From a virus (lineage: Duplodnaviria; Caudoviricetes): a DNA stretch of 54,849 nt. The position numbers and the translations under genes are program-made. The first letter of the stretch is position 1. Each line of letters opens with the position of its first letter. Under the pieces are notes generated by a model that worked only from the letters and a program-made list of their open reading frames with translations, did not search any database and was not told where the DNA came from. Positions 1 through 9,662 of this stretch are shown piece after piece. The stretch spans positions 1 to 54,849 of the IMG/VR virus record IMGVR_UViG_3300038675_000850. One strand, written 5' to 3'.

Positions 1-1311
1 TTACAGCCTGCTTCCTTCAGGGGAGTTCCTTTCTTCGTTCAATCTCACACTCTCAGCGGAGGAAGAAGAATAAAAGACACTGAGAGGTTCCAGCAAAGAA
101 CGCTTACAGTAGATAATGGACCTGAGCTCCCCACTTTTGACGTGGTGGGATATGTCATTCAGAACATTGACAATGGCTGGGACTATTTCAATAACCGAGA
201 CAAACTTATTGATGCACTCCAGAACAATATTGACAAAAATAAATTCAATGTTGGGACCATGGTGCATCCTTATTATGGCAAGTACAAGGTACATCCAAAG
301 AAGTACAAGGTTTCAGAGACTTTCCAGGAAGGAGGAATAGCCCGGTTTGATATTACTTTTGTTCTGGAAGAGGATGAACTTTTTCCTGGAAAGATCACGG
401 CTCCTGCCCCTATTATGGATGCTGCTTTTCTTGAATCAAGTGATATATCCATTGACTCTTTCATTTCAAAATTTGACACCTATGCCTCATTTGTGGAGGA
501 GCTTGGAAGCACTCTCGTGGATGCTATGATGAAAGTTCAGCAGGCAGTCAGCTCAATTAACAACGCTGTCCGGGCTACTATCGCTACAGCCATCGGGGTG
601 GTCTCCAATTCAATTCTGATGATTGAGACTCTTCTGGACTCCCCTGCAGACCTGTACAACACCCTCAAAGAGGGCTGTGAATCCTTCAAATATGTATGTG
701 GTATGGGAGGGACCACAGTTCAGGGAGGGACCATTGGATCCTACTCCGGAAGAACTTATGGGGATTCCATAGTTCTTGATGGAGAATCAATCCCTCAATC
801 CATAGGACAGTCAGTTATGACCCAGATTATTACTTCTCAGGAATTTACAGAGGAAACCTTTGGAGTAATAGCAAGCACTCAATCCAAAAACAGGACCATA
901 GCAATTAATGCCTTAAAGTTCATGCTTCTTTCTTTTGCATGCAAGGTCATGGTCAGAATTGAATTTGAAAGCAAGCAACAGCTACTTATTTATCTTGATA
1001 AGCTTCTCAAGGCTTTTGATGATCTTCTTTTCAGGCTGGGGGATGAAATAGAACTTGATTTCACTGAGCTTTTTGTGGCTGTGGAAAAGCTCAGAGCTCA
1101 GGTGGCTTTCTTAATGTACCAGAAACTGGAAACGCTTGATTCTGATATAGTCTACACTTCAGGTAATGAAGGGGGGAATACTTTGGAGCTTGCCTACAAT
1201 CTATATAAAGATGTGGATAGAGCTGAAGAGATTTTCTACCGGAATATTTTAACTATTCGCCATCCGGGATTTATTCCTGGCAATACTGATTTATCGGTTC
1301 TTGAAAAATGA
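1..1311 (+). CDS. Mu gpN-like DNA circularization/tail protein (5'-truncated)
   Basis: Frame 1 is open from base 1 (LQPASFRGVPFFV..., the typical N-terminal motif); C-terminal LAYNLYKDVDRAEEI...IRHPGFIP; precedes Mu-like baseplate genes. Confidence 0.85.
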   Translation, partial: LQPASFRGVPFFVQSHTLSGGRRIKDTERFQQRTLTVDNGPELPTFDVVGYVIQNIDNGWDYFNNRDKLIDALQNNIDKNKFNVGTMVHPYYGKYKVHPKKYKVSETFQEGGIARFDITFVLEEDELFPGKITAPAPIMDAAFLESSDISIDSFISKFDTYASFVEELGSTLVDAMMKVQQAVSSINNAVRATIATAIGVVSNSILMIETLLDSPADLYNTLKEGCESFKYVCGMGGTTVQGGTIGSYSGRTYGDSIVLDGESIPQSIGQSVMTQIITSQEFTEETFGVIASTQSKNRTIAINALKFMLLSFACKVMVRIEFESKQQLLIYLDKLLKAFDDLLFRLGDEIELDFTELFVAVEKLRAQVAFLMYQKLETLDSDIVYTSGNEGGNTLELAYNLYKDVDRAEEIFYRNILTIRHPGFIPGNTDLSVLEK

Positions 1312-2408
1312 CCCAGAAAGTAGTCACCAAATTCGGACTCAAAGTCAATGGTACAGAATTCTCTTCTTGGAATAGAATGAGAATAGACACCAGCATGAAT
1401 GCTTTGTGTGGGTCTTTTGTTTTCTCTGATATGGATTTTAGCAGAGGCAATTTTGAGTCGTGGAAAATAAAAAAGACCGATCTGGTTACTGCTTTTGTTG
1501 AAGATCAGACTCTTTGTACCGGATACCTTGATGACATTCCGGTAGAATACGGCGCAAGAAATTCTTCCATCTCTTTTATCGGAAGAGATAAAACAATGGA
1601 TCTTGTTGATTGCTGTTATGTGGAAAGCAATAATTCTTTCAAAAAACAGTCAAGGCTCAATATAATCAGACGCTTGATTCTTCCGTATGGTACAGATATA
1701 GTCATTGATCCCTCTGCTTCTTCTGAAGCTTCTGTCATCCTTGACAACTACAAGGTTAATGAAGGAGAGACTGTAGGGGAAATGATTTCGGAAATATGTA
1801 GAGATGCAGGGATCCTCCCTATGACTTTCGGAGATGGAAAACTGACTCTTACCAAAGCCACTACTACCAAATCAAGCAAAGATCCTCTTGAGTTTGATCA
1901 GAATGCTGTTTATGGAAAGCTCATTCAGGATGACAGAAACCGTTTCAGTAAATATATTACGAAAGGATACGGCATAGGAGGGGATAATAAAAGGCTTGAA
2001 GATTTTATCAATCCTGTCGGGGTGTTTGAAGATCCAATCATCAAAAGATATCGTCCAAAGATGCTGTTTGCAGAGACCAAAACTGACAGTGGTAAATGCA
2101 GAGATCGATCAAAATGGGAAGCGAGAGTCAGAGCTGGGTTCTCCAGGGGAATAATCTATTTTGTCCCAGGATGGCTTCAGAGTGATGGAAGTATATGGAG
2201 AATAAACACCTTGGCTACTGTTTATGATAATTTCCTGGGAATAAAAGCCCAGCAGTTTCTCATTTCTGAAGCATCGTATATATATGATGAGGAAGGTGTT
2301 TATAGTCCTCTTACAGGAGCTTTTTGCATACTGAAGCTTGTTGACAAAGATACTTATTCCGGATCTGCCGGGGATATATCAATACAAACTGTTTTTGATG
2401 GAGATTAA
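1308..2408 (+). CDS. Mu gp44 (gpP)-like baseplate hub protein
   Basis: GRDKTMDLVDC, GETVGE, W..NTLATVYD motifs; synteny. Confidence 0.85.
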   Translation: MTQKVVTKFGLKVNGTEFSSWNRMRIDTSMNALCGSFVFSDMDFSRGNFESWKIKKTDLVTAFVEDQTLCTGYLDDIPVEYGARNSSISFIGRDKTMDLVDCCYVESNNSFKKQSRLNIIRRLILPYGTDIVIDPSASSEASVILDNYKVNEGETVGEMISEICRDAGILPMTFGDGKLTLTKATTTKSSKDPLEFDQNAVYGKLIQDDRNRFSKYITKGYGIGGDNKRLEDFINPVGVFEDPIIKRYRPKMLFAETKTDSGKCRDRSKWEARVRAGFSRGIIYFVPGWLQSDGSIWRINTLATVYDNFLGIKAQQFLISEASYIYDEEGVYSPLTGAFCILKLVDKDTYSGSAGDISIQTVFDGD

Positions 2409-2409
2409 A

Positions 2410-2967
2410 ATGAGTCCTTTTGAGACTTTAAAAAACAAAATTTCGATGATGATAGGAAGAGCCATAGTTAATACTATCAATAACTCAAAACTGACCGCCA
2501 CAATCCAGGTCACTGCTTTAAATGGGGATATCATTCCAGACGTCGAGTATCTTTCTCCTTATGGCTTTGAAGGAATGCCATCAAAAAGCCAGACGGTGAT
2601 AGTAAGCATAAACGGAAACAAAGATCAGGCGCTTGCAATAGTCCTCCATGACAGAGACAGCAGACCAAAAGATCTCAGCCTTGATGAGACAAAGCTTTAC
2701 AGCAAGTTTGGAGGATTTGTTAAGTGCAATAAGAACGGAGAAGTAGAGATCATGGGCAATGCAGATTACGCTGTAGCCTTCACTGATCTGAAGACTGCCT
2801 TTGATAGTCTCAAGGCCACTGTTGATGATCATATTACCAAGTACAATCTTCATAAGCATGGAGGAGTCTCCACTGGTGGAGGATCTACTGCAATTCCAGA
2901 TACTATTGCGGTTGTCTCTACTGCTGATATGAGTGGAGCTAAAGTAGACAAAGTGAGGCTGCCATGA
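2410..2967 (+). CDS. Mu gp45-like baseplate spike
   Basis: PYGFEGMP OB-fold region, C-terminal HKHGGV metal-binding tip; ATG 2410 chosen over 2338. Confidence 0.85.
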   Translation: MSPFETLKNKISMMIGRAIVNTINNSKLTATIQVTALNGDIIPDVEYLSPYGFEGMPSKSQTVIVSINGNKDQALAIVLHDRDSRPKDLSLDETKLYSKFGGFVKCNKNGEVEIMGNADYAVAFTDLKTAFDSLKATVDDHITKYNLHKHGGVSTGGGSTAIPDTIAVVSTADMSGAKVDKVRLP

Positions 2968-3419
2968 AAGACTGCAAAATATTATGGGACAACTCTACCG
3001 GTGTTGGAGATATAGGAATCTCCAACTCTGATCTTCAAATTGAAGAAGGACTTGAAACAGCTGTTTTCATGTCTCTGTACACAGATCAACGTGCAGCAGA
3101 AGATGAGAATACCAATTTTCCTCTTGATAAAAGAGGATGGTGGGGGGATATGCTGGAATCCAATGGGGATCAAGTTGGAAGTAAACTGTGGCTGTATGAA
3201 AGAGAGAAGCTCACCACGAAAGTTATTGCCCAGATTAAAGATGCCATGTACGATTGTCTGCAGTGGATGATTGATGATGGAATAGTTGCTCGAATAGATA
3301 TAGCTCTTGAAAAGCAGGAAAACAACAAACTGTTCACTGAAATAAAATTATTCAGACAGGATGATAGCAGAACAACTGTAAAGTTTGATGATCTGTGGAA
3401 TGCTCAAGGAGGACAATAA
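2964..3419 (+). CDS. Mu gp46-like baseplate wedge protein
   Basis: LETAVFMSLYTD, RGWWGD, GSKLWL, LQWMIDDG motifs. Confidence 0.9.
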   Translation: MKDCKILWDNSTGVGDIGISNSDLQIEEGLETAVFMSLYTDQRAAEDENTNFPLDKRGWWGDMLESNGDQVGSKLWLYEREKLTTKVIAQIKDAMYDCLQWMIDDGIVARIDIALEKQENNKLFTEIKLFRQDDSRTTVKFDDLWNAQGGQ

Positions 3420-3420
3420 A

Positions 3421-4521
3421 ATGCCATTTACAATACCCTCACTGACTGAGCTTGATGAAAGGATCCAGTCAGATTTCAAAAGCAGAATAGATGGAGCAAA
3501 ATCTCTTCTACGTAGATCGGTCCTCAAGATCCAGGCCCGGGCGTATGCGGGGGCTTGCCGTCTTCTGTATGGCTATTTGAAATACGAAAAAGACCAGATA
3601 TTTATAAGCACTGCAGATACTGACAGTCTTGATATCCATGGAAATGAATATGGGGTCCCAAGAAAGGATGCAGCCAAGTCTGTTGGTCTTGGAACTGCCA
3701 CAGGTACATCTGGATCCCCCATCGCCAAAGGAAGTGAGATAGTCAACGATGCCGGACTATCGTATTTCACAGATGATTCCTATACCATAGGCCTTGATGG
3801 AACTGTGCAGATTGCCTTTACCGCAGAAGAAGCAGGAGAGAAATACAATGATGATTCCGGAATTAGTCTATACTTCGTTTCTCCTCCTTCAGGTGTGGAC
3901 AGTGAAATAATTGTGGGCATCAATGGGATTGAAAGTGGTCTTGATGAGGAGTCAGATGACGACTACCGTCCCAGAGTATTAACCAGAAAAAGAAGGGCTC
4001 CTCACGGGGGGGCAGACTTCGATTATGAAAACTGGGCTCTGGAGGTGTCGGGAGTCACAAGAGCTTGGGCCATTGCCGGATATTATGGAGACGGCACGGT
4101 TGGTCTTGCTTTTGTCAGAGATAATGATTCTTCCATCATTCCTTCAGCTTCAGAGAAGGAAAAAGTCAGGCAGTATATAATAAACCACAATGATCTTACC
4201 ACAGGTCTTGAGGTGGGGATTCCTGTAGGGGCTCTCCCTGGGCTTATCATGGTGGATCTTTCAGAATACACCATTCCATTTTCTTTCAAAATAATCCCAA
4301 ACACCCAGGATGCTATTGCGGAGGTCAGGACAAAGCTTTCTGATCTTCTGAAAGCCAAAGGAGGACCGGGCAAGACAATATACTTGTCAGATATTGATGT
4401 AGCGATATCTTCAGCTCCCACTGAAACCGCTCACCGGTTGATATACCCTACAGAGGACATCGGAATCCCGGTTAATAGGGTCCCGGTCCTTGGGGAAGTC
4501 ACAGGACAGGACTATACATAA
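3421..4521 (+). CDS. Baseplate J / Mu gp47-like protein
   Basis: MPFTIPSL start, DEESDDDYRPR, PHGGADFDYENWALEVSGVTRAW motifs. Confidence 0.9.
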   Translation: MPFTIPSLTELDERIQSDFKSRIDGAKSLLRRSVLKIQARAYAGACRLLYGYLKYEKDQIFISTADTDSLDIHGNEYGVPRKDAAKSVGLGTATGTSGSPIAKGSEIVNDAGLSYFTDDSYTIGLDGTVQIAFTAEEAGEKYNDDSGISLYFVSPPSGVDSEIIVGINGIESGLDEESDDDYRPRVLTRKRRAPHGGADFDYENWALEVSGVTRAWAIAGYYGDGTVGLAFVRDNDSSIIPSASEKEKVRQYIINHNDLTTGLEVGIPVGALPGLIMVDLSEYTIPFSFKIIPNTQDAIAEVRTKLSDLLKAKGGPGKTIYLSDIDVAISSAPTETAHRLIYPTEDIGIPVNRVPVLGEVTGQDYT

Positions 4522-5369
4522 TGGCAAGAACGGCACTTCAATACAAACAGCTGCTGAAATCCCTCTTTCCGAAAGGAAGAGCTTGGAATAAAGAGGAGGG
4601 ATCCAATCTTGATCAATACTGTTACGCTCTTGGGGAGGAATTCTCCAGGCTTGAAGCAAGGCAGGAAGATCTTAACCGAGAGGTGCACGTCAATTTGGCG
4701 GTTGAGCTTCTTGATGAGCATGAGGAGGATTTTGCAATCCCTACTGATTCGTCTCTTTCCGTTGAAGATAGACAATCCGCTCTTCGCACAAAGCTTCTTT
4801 CTGTAGGAGGAATGTCCCCGGAGTATTATCTGGATCTGCTTTATGAAGCTGGATATGATTGTCTGCTTGAGGAATACACCCCTGCATGGGTGGGGAAGGT
4901 TGCTGTTGGGGATCCTGTTGGGGGGCAAAAAATAATTTTTTGCTTTACTATTTACCTGAGAATAGGTATTGATAGAGGAGAAGTTGATCTTGGATTTGAT
5001 CGGGCTTTTAGTAGAATAGAACCAAATGATATAAGTATTTATCAGAATTACAAAAGGGATATTCAGAAGATCATAGAACTCATCAGAGATATTAAACCAT
5101 CTCACATGCATGACTTCTATAATTTTTATGAACCTGCATTCAGCAGAGCATTTGATTTTTCCTTTGATTCTATTCCCACAAATGACGATTCTGTTCCAAT
5201 AGTTCAGTTTGGATCCGGATTTGCTTCTTCTTTTCCAAGTCCTCATGGCTATGATGGATCGTATCTGATAGGATCATTTTCAAACGCTTTTGATTTAGCT
5301 TTAGATGCTCATTATGGTGGAGAATTTGAGAACTCTGCCTTTGACAATAATTTTATGAAACAATCATAA
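4521..5369 (+). CDS. Mu gp48/YmfQ (DUF2313)-like baseplate protein with a Phe/Asp-rich C-terminal extension
   Basis: YKQLLKSLFPKGRAW and IKPSH motifs; follows gp47. Confidence 0.8.
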   Translation: MARTALQYKQLLKSLFPKGRAWNKEEGSNLDQYCYALGEEFSRLEARQEDLNREVHVNLAVELLDEHEEDFAIPTDSSLSVEDRQSALRTKLLSVGGMSPEYYLDLLYEAGYDCLLEEYTPAWVGKVAVGDPVGGQKIIFCFTIYLRIGIDRGEVDLGFDRAFSRIEPNDISIYQNYKRDIQKIIELIRDIKPSHMHDFYNFYEPAFSRAFDFSFDSIPTNDDSVPIVQFGSGFASSFPSPHGYDGSYLIGSFSNAFDLALDAHYGGEFENSAFDNNFMKQS

Positions 5370-5378
5370 GGAGGTTTT

Positions 5379-5954
5379 ATGGCAGATACACAAAGAACAA
5401 GAGCGGCTCTGCTTGCTCTCTTCGCGGATAATGTCACAGGACAGATCAGTGCCCAGGACTTGAGGGATTTCACAGTCACGGTAATGGAATCCGAATTTTC
5501 CAATCCTGGGGACTTCTGGAAGCAACCGTCCGTGAAAGCTATCACCACGGACAAAACTGGTAAAGGCTGGATTGATTACAGTCAGATCGTAGGGAGTGAC
5601 TGCTCCTTTGGAAATGTCCTCTATCTGGCAGCGTCAGGAGTTTGGAAAAAAGCAAATGTGGCTACCTCAGGGACCACCGGAATTGTGGGACTTGCTCTGA
5701 ACAGCTACGTGGCTGGAGACAGCACTGCCCAGATTCTCCGTAAGGGAGTGATCTATGATTCCAGCTTCTCAGCGGTTTTTAGTGGCTATATCGGAAAGCC
5801 GGTGTACCTGGCTTCTGGGGTTGCGGGATCCATCACAGTGGTGAAGCCTACAAACTCTGTACTGGTCATAGGCTGGGTAGAGCCCAGTGATGGCGGAGAA
5901 GTCGCTATTGGAAAATATCGCTTTGATCCGCAGTGGGCGATAGTGGGAGTCTGA
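5379..5954 (+). CDS. Putative virion structural protein
   Basis: AGGAGG RBS; beta-rich GNVLYL...GIVGLAL...GKPVYL pattern; lies in the tail module. Confidence 0.5.
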   Translation: MADTQRTRAALLALFADNVTGQISAQDLRDFTVTVMESEFSNPGDFWKQPSVKAITTDKTGKGWIDYSQIVGSDCSFGNVLYLAASGVWKKANVATSGTTGIVGLALNSYVAGDSTAQILRKGVIYDSSFSAVFSGYIGKPVYLASGVAGSITVVKPTNSVLVIGWVEPSDGGEVAIGKYRFDPQWAIVGV

Positions 5955-5955
5955 T

Positions 5956-7182
5956 ATGCAAAGAGCTTCTGGAGCTCACAATGCTGGTGGCCTTTATACA
6001 GAAGGGCCACCAGCTACTGCAATCACTGCTGATGCCATGAACAGCATACAGGAAGAGATCTGCAAGGTCATAGAAGATAGTGGGCAGAATATAAGAGACA
6101 AAAGTAATGATACCAGAGATCAGCTTTCTCTTGCCATAGCTGCTCTGGTCATGAAAGATTTAGCATCTCTTGGGTATCATTCTTTACTCCCAGGATCTTC
6201 ATTGATTCAAGAACTTACTTACAGAGAAATGTCATCCCTCTTCCCCTGGTGGTGCATGAATCAGCCGGATACAACTATTCTTAATGCGGTTGCCCCGGAT
6301 CTTGCTTCCGCTATGCGAAATTATAAACTACGGATGAAGCCGTGGAGCGATGACATCAGTACGTGGGACGTCACTGATCATGTTGAAACCGGAAGCTCCG
6401 CTACTCTGACTTTCAAAAAAAATGCCAACCTCAGTGGAACAGTGACGGCTTCAGATTCTGCCACGCTGACTTTCAGCGCGTCGCAGTCGTTCACCGCAGG
6501 CGACATCCTGATCCTTTCAACTGGAGCCATAGTCCGCATTATCAGCGGAGCGACTACTTCATGGGGGATAGATCAGAAAGTCACGATCGCCGCCGGAACG
6601 GCCCGAATCGCCACTATGGAAGAACTGATGATCCGGGCACTGTACTACGCTCAGGAAAAACACGGGAGCTACACAGACTGGTTCTGTCTCACGCTCACTT
6701 CTGCCATCGGGAATATCCCTGCCGGAGATTATGCGATATCGGGCTTAAGCGTATCATCCAATACAATCACGATTATTACAACTGCCACAGCGGGAAGCGG
6801 ATACGGGACATGGGATGATCAGGTTGAAATATATCCCTTCCGCATACCGTCAAGCGCGGATGCCCGCCACTACTCATGGGCCGGTCACTCCATGGTGGCG
6901 GCTGGCGGTGATGAGCATACGCTTGTGGCCGGACTCATGCGGCTGGATTATATGCAGAGTCATTGGCACATGGTGTATGGCAATCAAACCCTCAGCGGGG
7001 GATCTCGAATAAATACCTCCACGTCGCTTATAGTCGCCTCTCCGTCCAACTCTGTGCGCTGGGTTGGCGATGCTACAACGGCCATAACGGATGGCATTAG
7101 CGGTGTTCCCCGCACTGACAAACGCACTCACGGCTCTGATGTTGGCGTCTATACATACATCTATGCTGGTACAGTAAATTAA
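5956..7182 (+). CDS. Tail fibre protein 1
   Basis: Mu-type anchor PPATAITADAMNSIQEEI; C-terminal DYMQSHWH collar-like motif. Confidence 0.75.
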   Translation: MQRASGAHNAGGLYTEGPPATAITADAMNSIQEEICKVIEDSGQNIRDKSNDTRDQLSLAIAALVMKDLASLGYHSLLPGSSLIQELTYREMSSLFPWWCMNQPDTTILNAVAPDLASAMRNYKLRMKPWSDDISTWDVTDHVETGSSATLTFKKNANLSGTVTASDSATLTFSASQSFTAGDILILSTGAIVRIISGATTSWGIDQKVTIAAGTARIATMEELMIRALYYAQEKHGSYTDWFCLTLTSAIGNIPAGDYAISGLSVSSNTITIITTATAGSGYGTWDDQVEIYPFRIPSSADARHYSWAGHSMVAAGGDEHTLVAGLMRLDYMQSHWHMVYGNQTLSGGSRINTSTSLIVASPSNSVRWVGDATTAITDGISGVPRTDKRTHGSDVGVYTYIYAGTVN

Positions 7183-7193
7183 GGAGGACTCAA

Positions 7194-8594
7194 ATGCACA
7201 GAACAGAAGGAGCAAATAATCTAAACAATCTTTATACAGATGGTCCTCCAGCGACAGTCATCACCCCTGAGGCGATGAATAGCATTCAGGAGGAACTTGC
7301 TTTTATCATCGAATCAGCAGGACTGAAGCTACTATCAGCAAGTAATGATACCAAGACCCAGGTCCTGGAGGCTCTGAAGACGATTTTTAAAATAGGAAAT
7401 CCTGTCCAGACTATAACAGCCTCCTCAGCGAACCTTCAGGTCAATACAGAATACCTGATAAATTATACTGGAGGAGTTTGTACTCTGCAACTCCCCCAAT
7501 ATTTTGCTGTAGGGGACTGGATCAAGATCAGAGATGCTGGAGGATATGGTTTCAAAATTCAACAGGCTTCCTCTGGCAATATCATACTTCCCAATGGAAG
7601 CAGAACTCCTGCGGGTTCTATCTACTTTGTCCAGTCAAAAAGCAAATTTGCGTCTCTTGAGCTTGAAGGAGTTATTGCTAATTCAAGATGGAAGATCGTC
7701 TCTGTAATGGATCCAGGATTGAGGATGAAAGGATATTATCTTGGAGGGAACTATTCAGCCTCTGCCACTCTTGCATTTGACTTTCAATGGCAATCCACAT
7801 ATAAAGTGGCAAGCACCTTTGCCCCAGGTCTTTTATCATCCAAGGGGGCTTCTTCTCATATCAAGGGATATTCTTTTGGAGGCTATAGTGGCGGGGTAAG
7901 GACCGATATAGGAGCTCTTTCATTTTCTACAGAAGCCATAGCAACTCTTGTAGCAGCCTTGCCTCTTGGAAGAGCTTATGTTGGGGTTGTCCAGACAGAG
8001 AACATTGCTTTTTCTGCTGGAGGGAACACCAGTGGACTTTCTATGGTGAATAATATTGAAAAGTTTGATTTTTTTACAGAGTCTTGTTCTGCTTCAGGGA
8101 GCACCCTTACAACTGCCAGAGATGCAACTGTGTCCATCAAATCAGAGACCGCAGGGTATATAGGTGGGGGACTTAATGGAAGCGGGGTCACAATTTCATC
8201 AACAGAAAAAATAACATTTATTACAGAAGCTTGGTCTGTCTTGGGAACCACTTTGCCAACAGCAAGGGCTCAAGTTGGGAGCTTCAATGCAAAAGACTGT
8301 GGATATGCTATGGGAGGAAAGGTTGGGGTTGTGTTTGTGACTACCATTGATAGATTTACATTTCTTACTGAATTAGCTGCCACGATATCTTCCACTCTTG
8401 ATACTGCGAAGACTGATCCGGCTGCTGTTGAGGACTCCTCCAAGGGATACTTCTTGGGAGGATATACTGGCTCGGCTGGAGTTACAGTCATAGAAGATAT
8501 GGACTTTCTTACTGAATCATCCTCAGTGATATCAGCTGCTCTGACTAATCTTTCTTATCAAGGATCTGGAGTTCAAGGTTATGCTGGAGTATAA
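7194..8594 (+). CDS. Tail fibre protein 2 with Kelch-like beta-propeller repeats
   Basis: Same anchor (PPATVITPEAMNSIQEEL); about six ~50 aa repeats of GY.xGG...I(E/D)(K/R)xxF.TE. Confidence 0.75.
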   Translation: MHRTEGANNLNNLYTDGPPATVITPEAMNSIQEELAFIIESAGLKLLSASNDTKTQVLEALKTIFKIGNPVQTITASSANLQVNTEYLINYTGGVCTLQLPQYFAVGDWIKIRDAGGYGFKIQQASSGNIILPNGSRTPAGSIYFVQSKSKFASLELEGVIANSRWKIVSVMDPGLRMKGYYLGGNYSASATLAFDFQWQSTYKVASTFAPGLLSSKGASSHIKGYSFGGYSGGVRTDIGALSFSTEAIATLVAALPLGRAYVGVVQTENIAFSAGGNTSGLSMVNNIEKFDFFTESCSASGSTLTTARDATVSIKSETAGYIGGGLNGSGVTISSTEKITFITEAWSVLGTTLPTARAQVGSFNAKDCGYAMGGKVGVVFVTTIDRFTFLTELAATISSTLDTAKTDPAAVEDSSKGYFLGGYTGSAGVTVIEDMDFLTESSSVISAALTNLSYQGSGVQGYAGV

Positions 8595-8602
8595 AGAAAA
8601 AG

Positions 8603-8631
8603 AAAGGAGAGGCGTTATGCCTCTCCTTTTT
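8603..8631. terminator. Bidirectional intrinsic terminator
   Basis: AAAGGAGAGGC-gttat-GCCTCTCCTTT perfect 11-bp stem with flanking A and T runs, at the point where the two gene blocks converge. Confidence 0.8.
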
Positions 8632-9205
8632 CTATGAATGGTATTGGCAATTTAGGTTCTTGGTACTTAATTTGAATGGTATCCCCCACCTGTTCAACAG
8701 TTATTCCGAGTTGAGAAATAGCTGTCATCGTCCCAGGATCAATCGTTCCCCTTGCGGAGATTTCAATTTGAGCTTGCCTTCCTAACTTCTGCCTCCAGTA
8801 ATCGAATTCTTTCTCCTCAAATTTAATCCGGGAAAAATTCTCAGGAAGATCTTTTTTTATCAGCTCCGCTGCTGCTTCATAGGTTCTGATCTCTATCAGA
8901 CAGTCTTCAATGAGTTTCATTTCCTGACTGAGTTGCCATTCAGCTTCCTCCAGATTGATCATGAGTCTTTTCTTCTCAAAAATATCGGGCTGTCCTTGAA
9001 GCTGCAGCTCTATTTCTTCTACGTCCACTTCCTTTCTTTTCCTTCTAAACTCACATTCCTTTAGAGTCTTTAGTTTCATATCAAGCTGAAGAAGGGTTTT
9101 TCTGTAGGATCTTTCAGCTGTTTCTTCTTCACAAATGAATTTCAGGATCTGAAATTGACTGTTTCCAAAAGGGACTTTTCTTAATTCTTCTTCAAAGTTT
9201 TCCAT
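8615..9205 (-). CDS. Hypothetical coiled-coil protein
   Basis: ORF (probable start MENFEEE at 9205); helical and charged. Confidence 0.6.
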   Translation of the reverse strand: MENFEEELRKVPFGNSQFQILKFICEEETAERSYRKTLLQLDMKLKTLKECEFRRKRKEVDVEEIELQLQGQPDIFEKKRLMINLEEAEWQLSQEMKLIEDCLIEIRTYEAAAELIKKDLPENFSRIKFEEKEFDYWRQKLGRQAQIEISARGTIDPGTMTAISQLGITVEQVGDTIQIKYQEPKLPIPFIEKGEA

Positions 9206-9212
9206 GACTGTC

Positions 9213-9662
9213 TCACAATTGTATTTTGACTTTGGCACATTTATTGGAATCAAGACATAAATTCCCATAGGTTAGGCTGGAGTCCTTATATTCAAGAATG
9301 CAATAACTCTTAACTACCTTTTTATTATCTGCTATAATATAAAACCACATATTATGATCACAGTTAATTTTGGTGGCGGTTATGTCAAACCTGGGATTGT
9401 ACTTTTCCACCTTGTATGATGGACTGTACCAAGACTGGCCCGGATCAAGCTGAACATCCTCTTCTACGAAGGTGATTTCATCTTCCATGTTTAGATACCT
9501 GACATGGACCTCCGCGGGATCATTTGAGACATTGCATATCTGATACTTGGTTTCTACGGAATTGAAATACTCACACCCCGTCGTAAACACTGCAAGCACC
9601 AGAAATATGATGAAGGCAATCATCAGAAACCCCATGAGACAAATGTCCAAATTCTTTTTCAT
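9213..9662 (-). CDS. Putative lipoprotein
   Basis: MKK + hydrophobic stretch + lipobox-like FTTGC; GGAGGAG RBS. Confidence 0.6.
   Translation of the reverse strand: MKKNLDICLMGFLMIAFIIFLVLAVFTTGCEYFNSVETKYQICNVSNDPAEVHVRYLNMEDEITFVEEDVQLDPGQSWYSPSYKVEKYNPRFDITATKINCDHNMWFYIIADNKKVVKSYCILEYKDSSLTYGNLCLDSNKCAKVKIQL

Noticed and set aside
1-4521. Mu-like transposable phage
   Set aside because: Only the tail module is Mu-like; there is no transposase, and the phage has its own replisome and an HK97-type head
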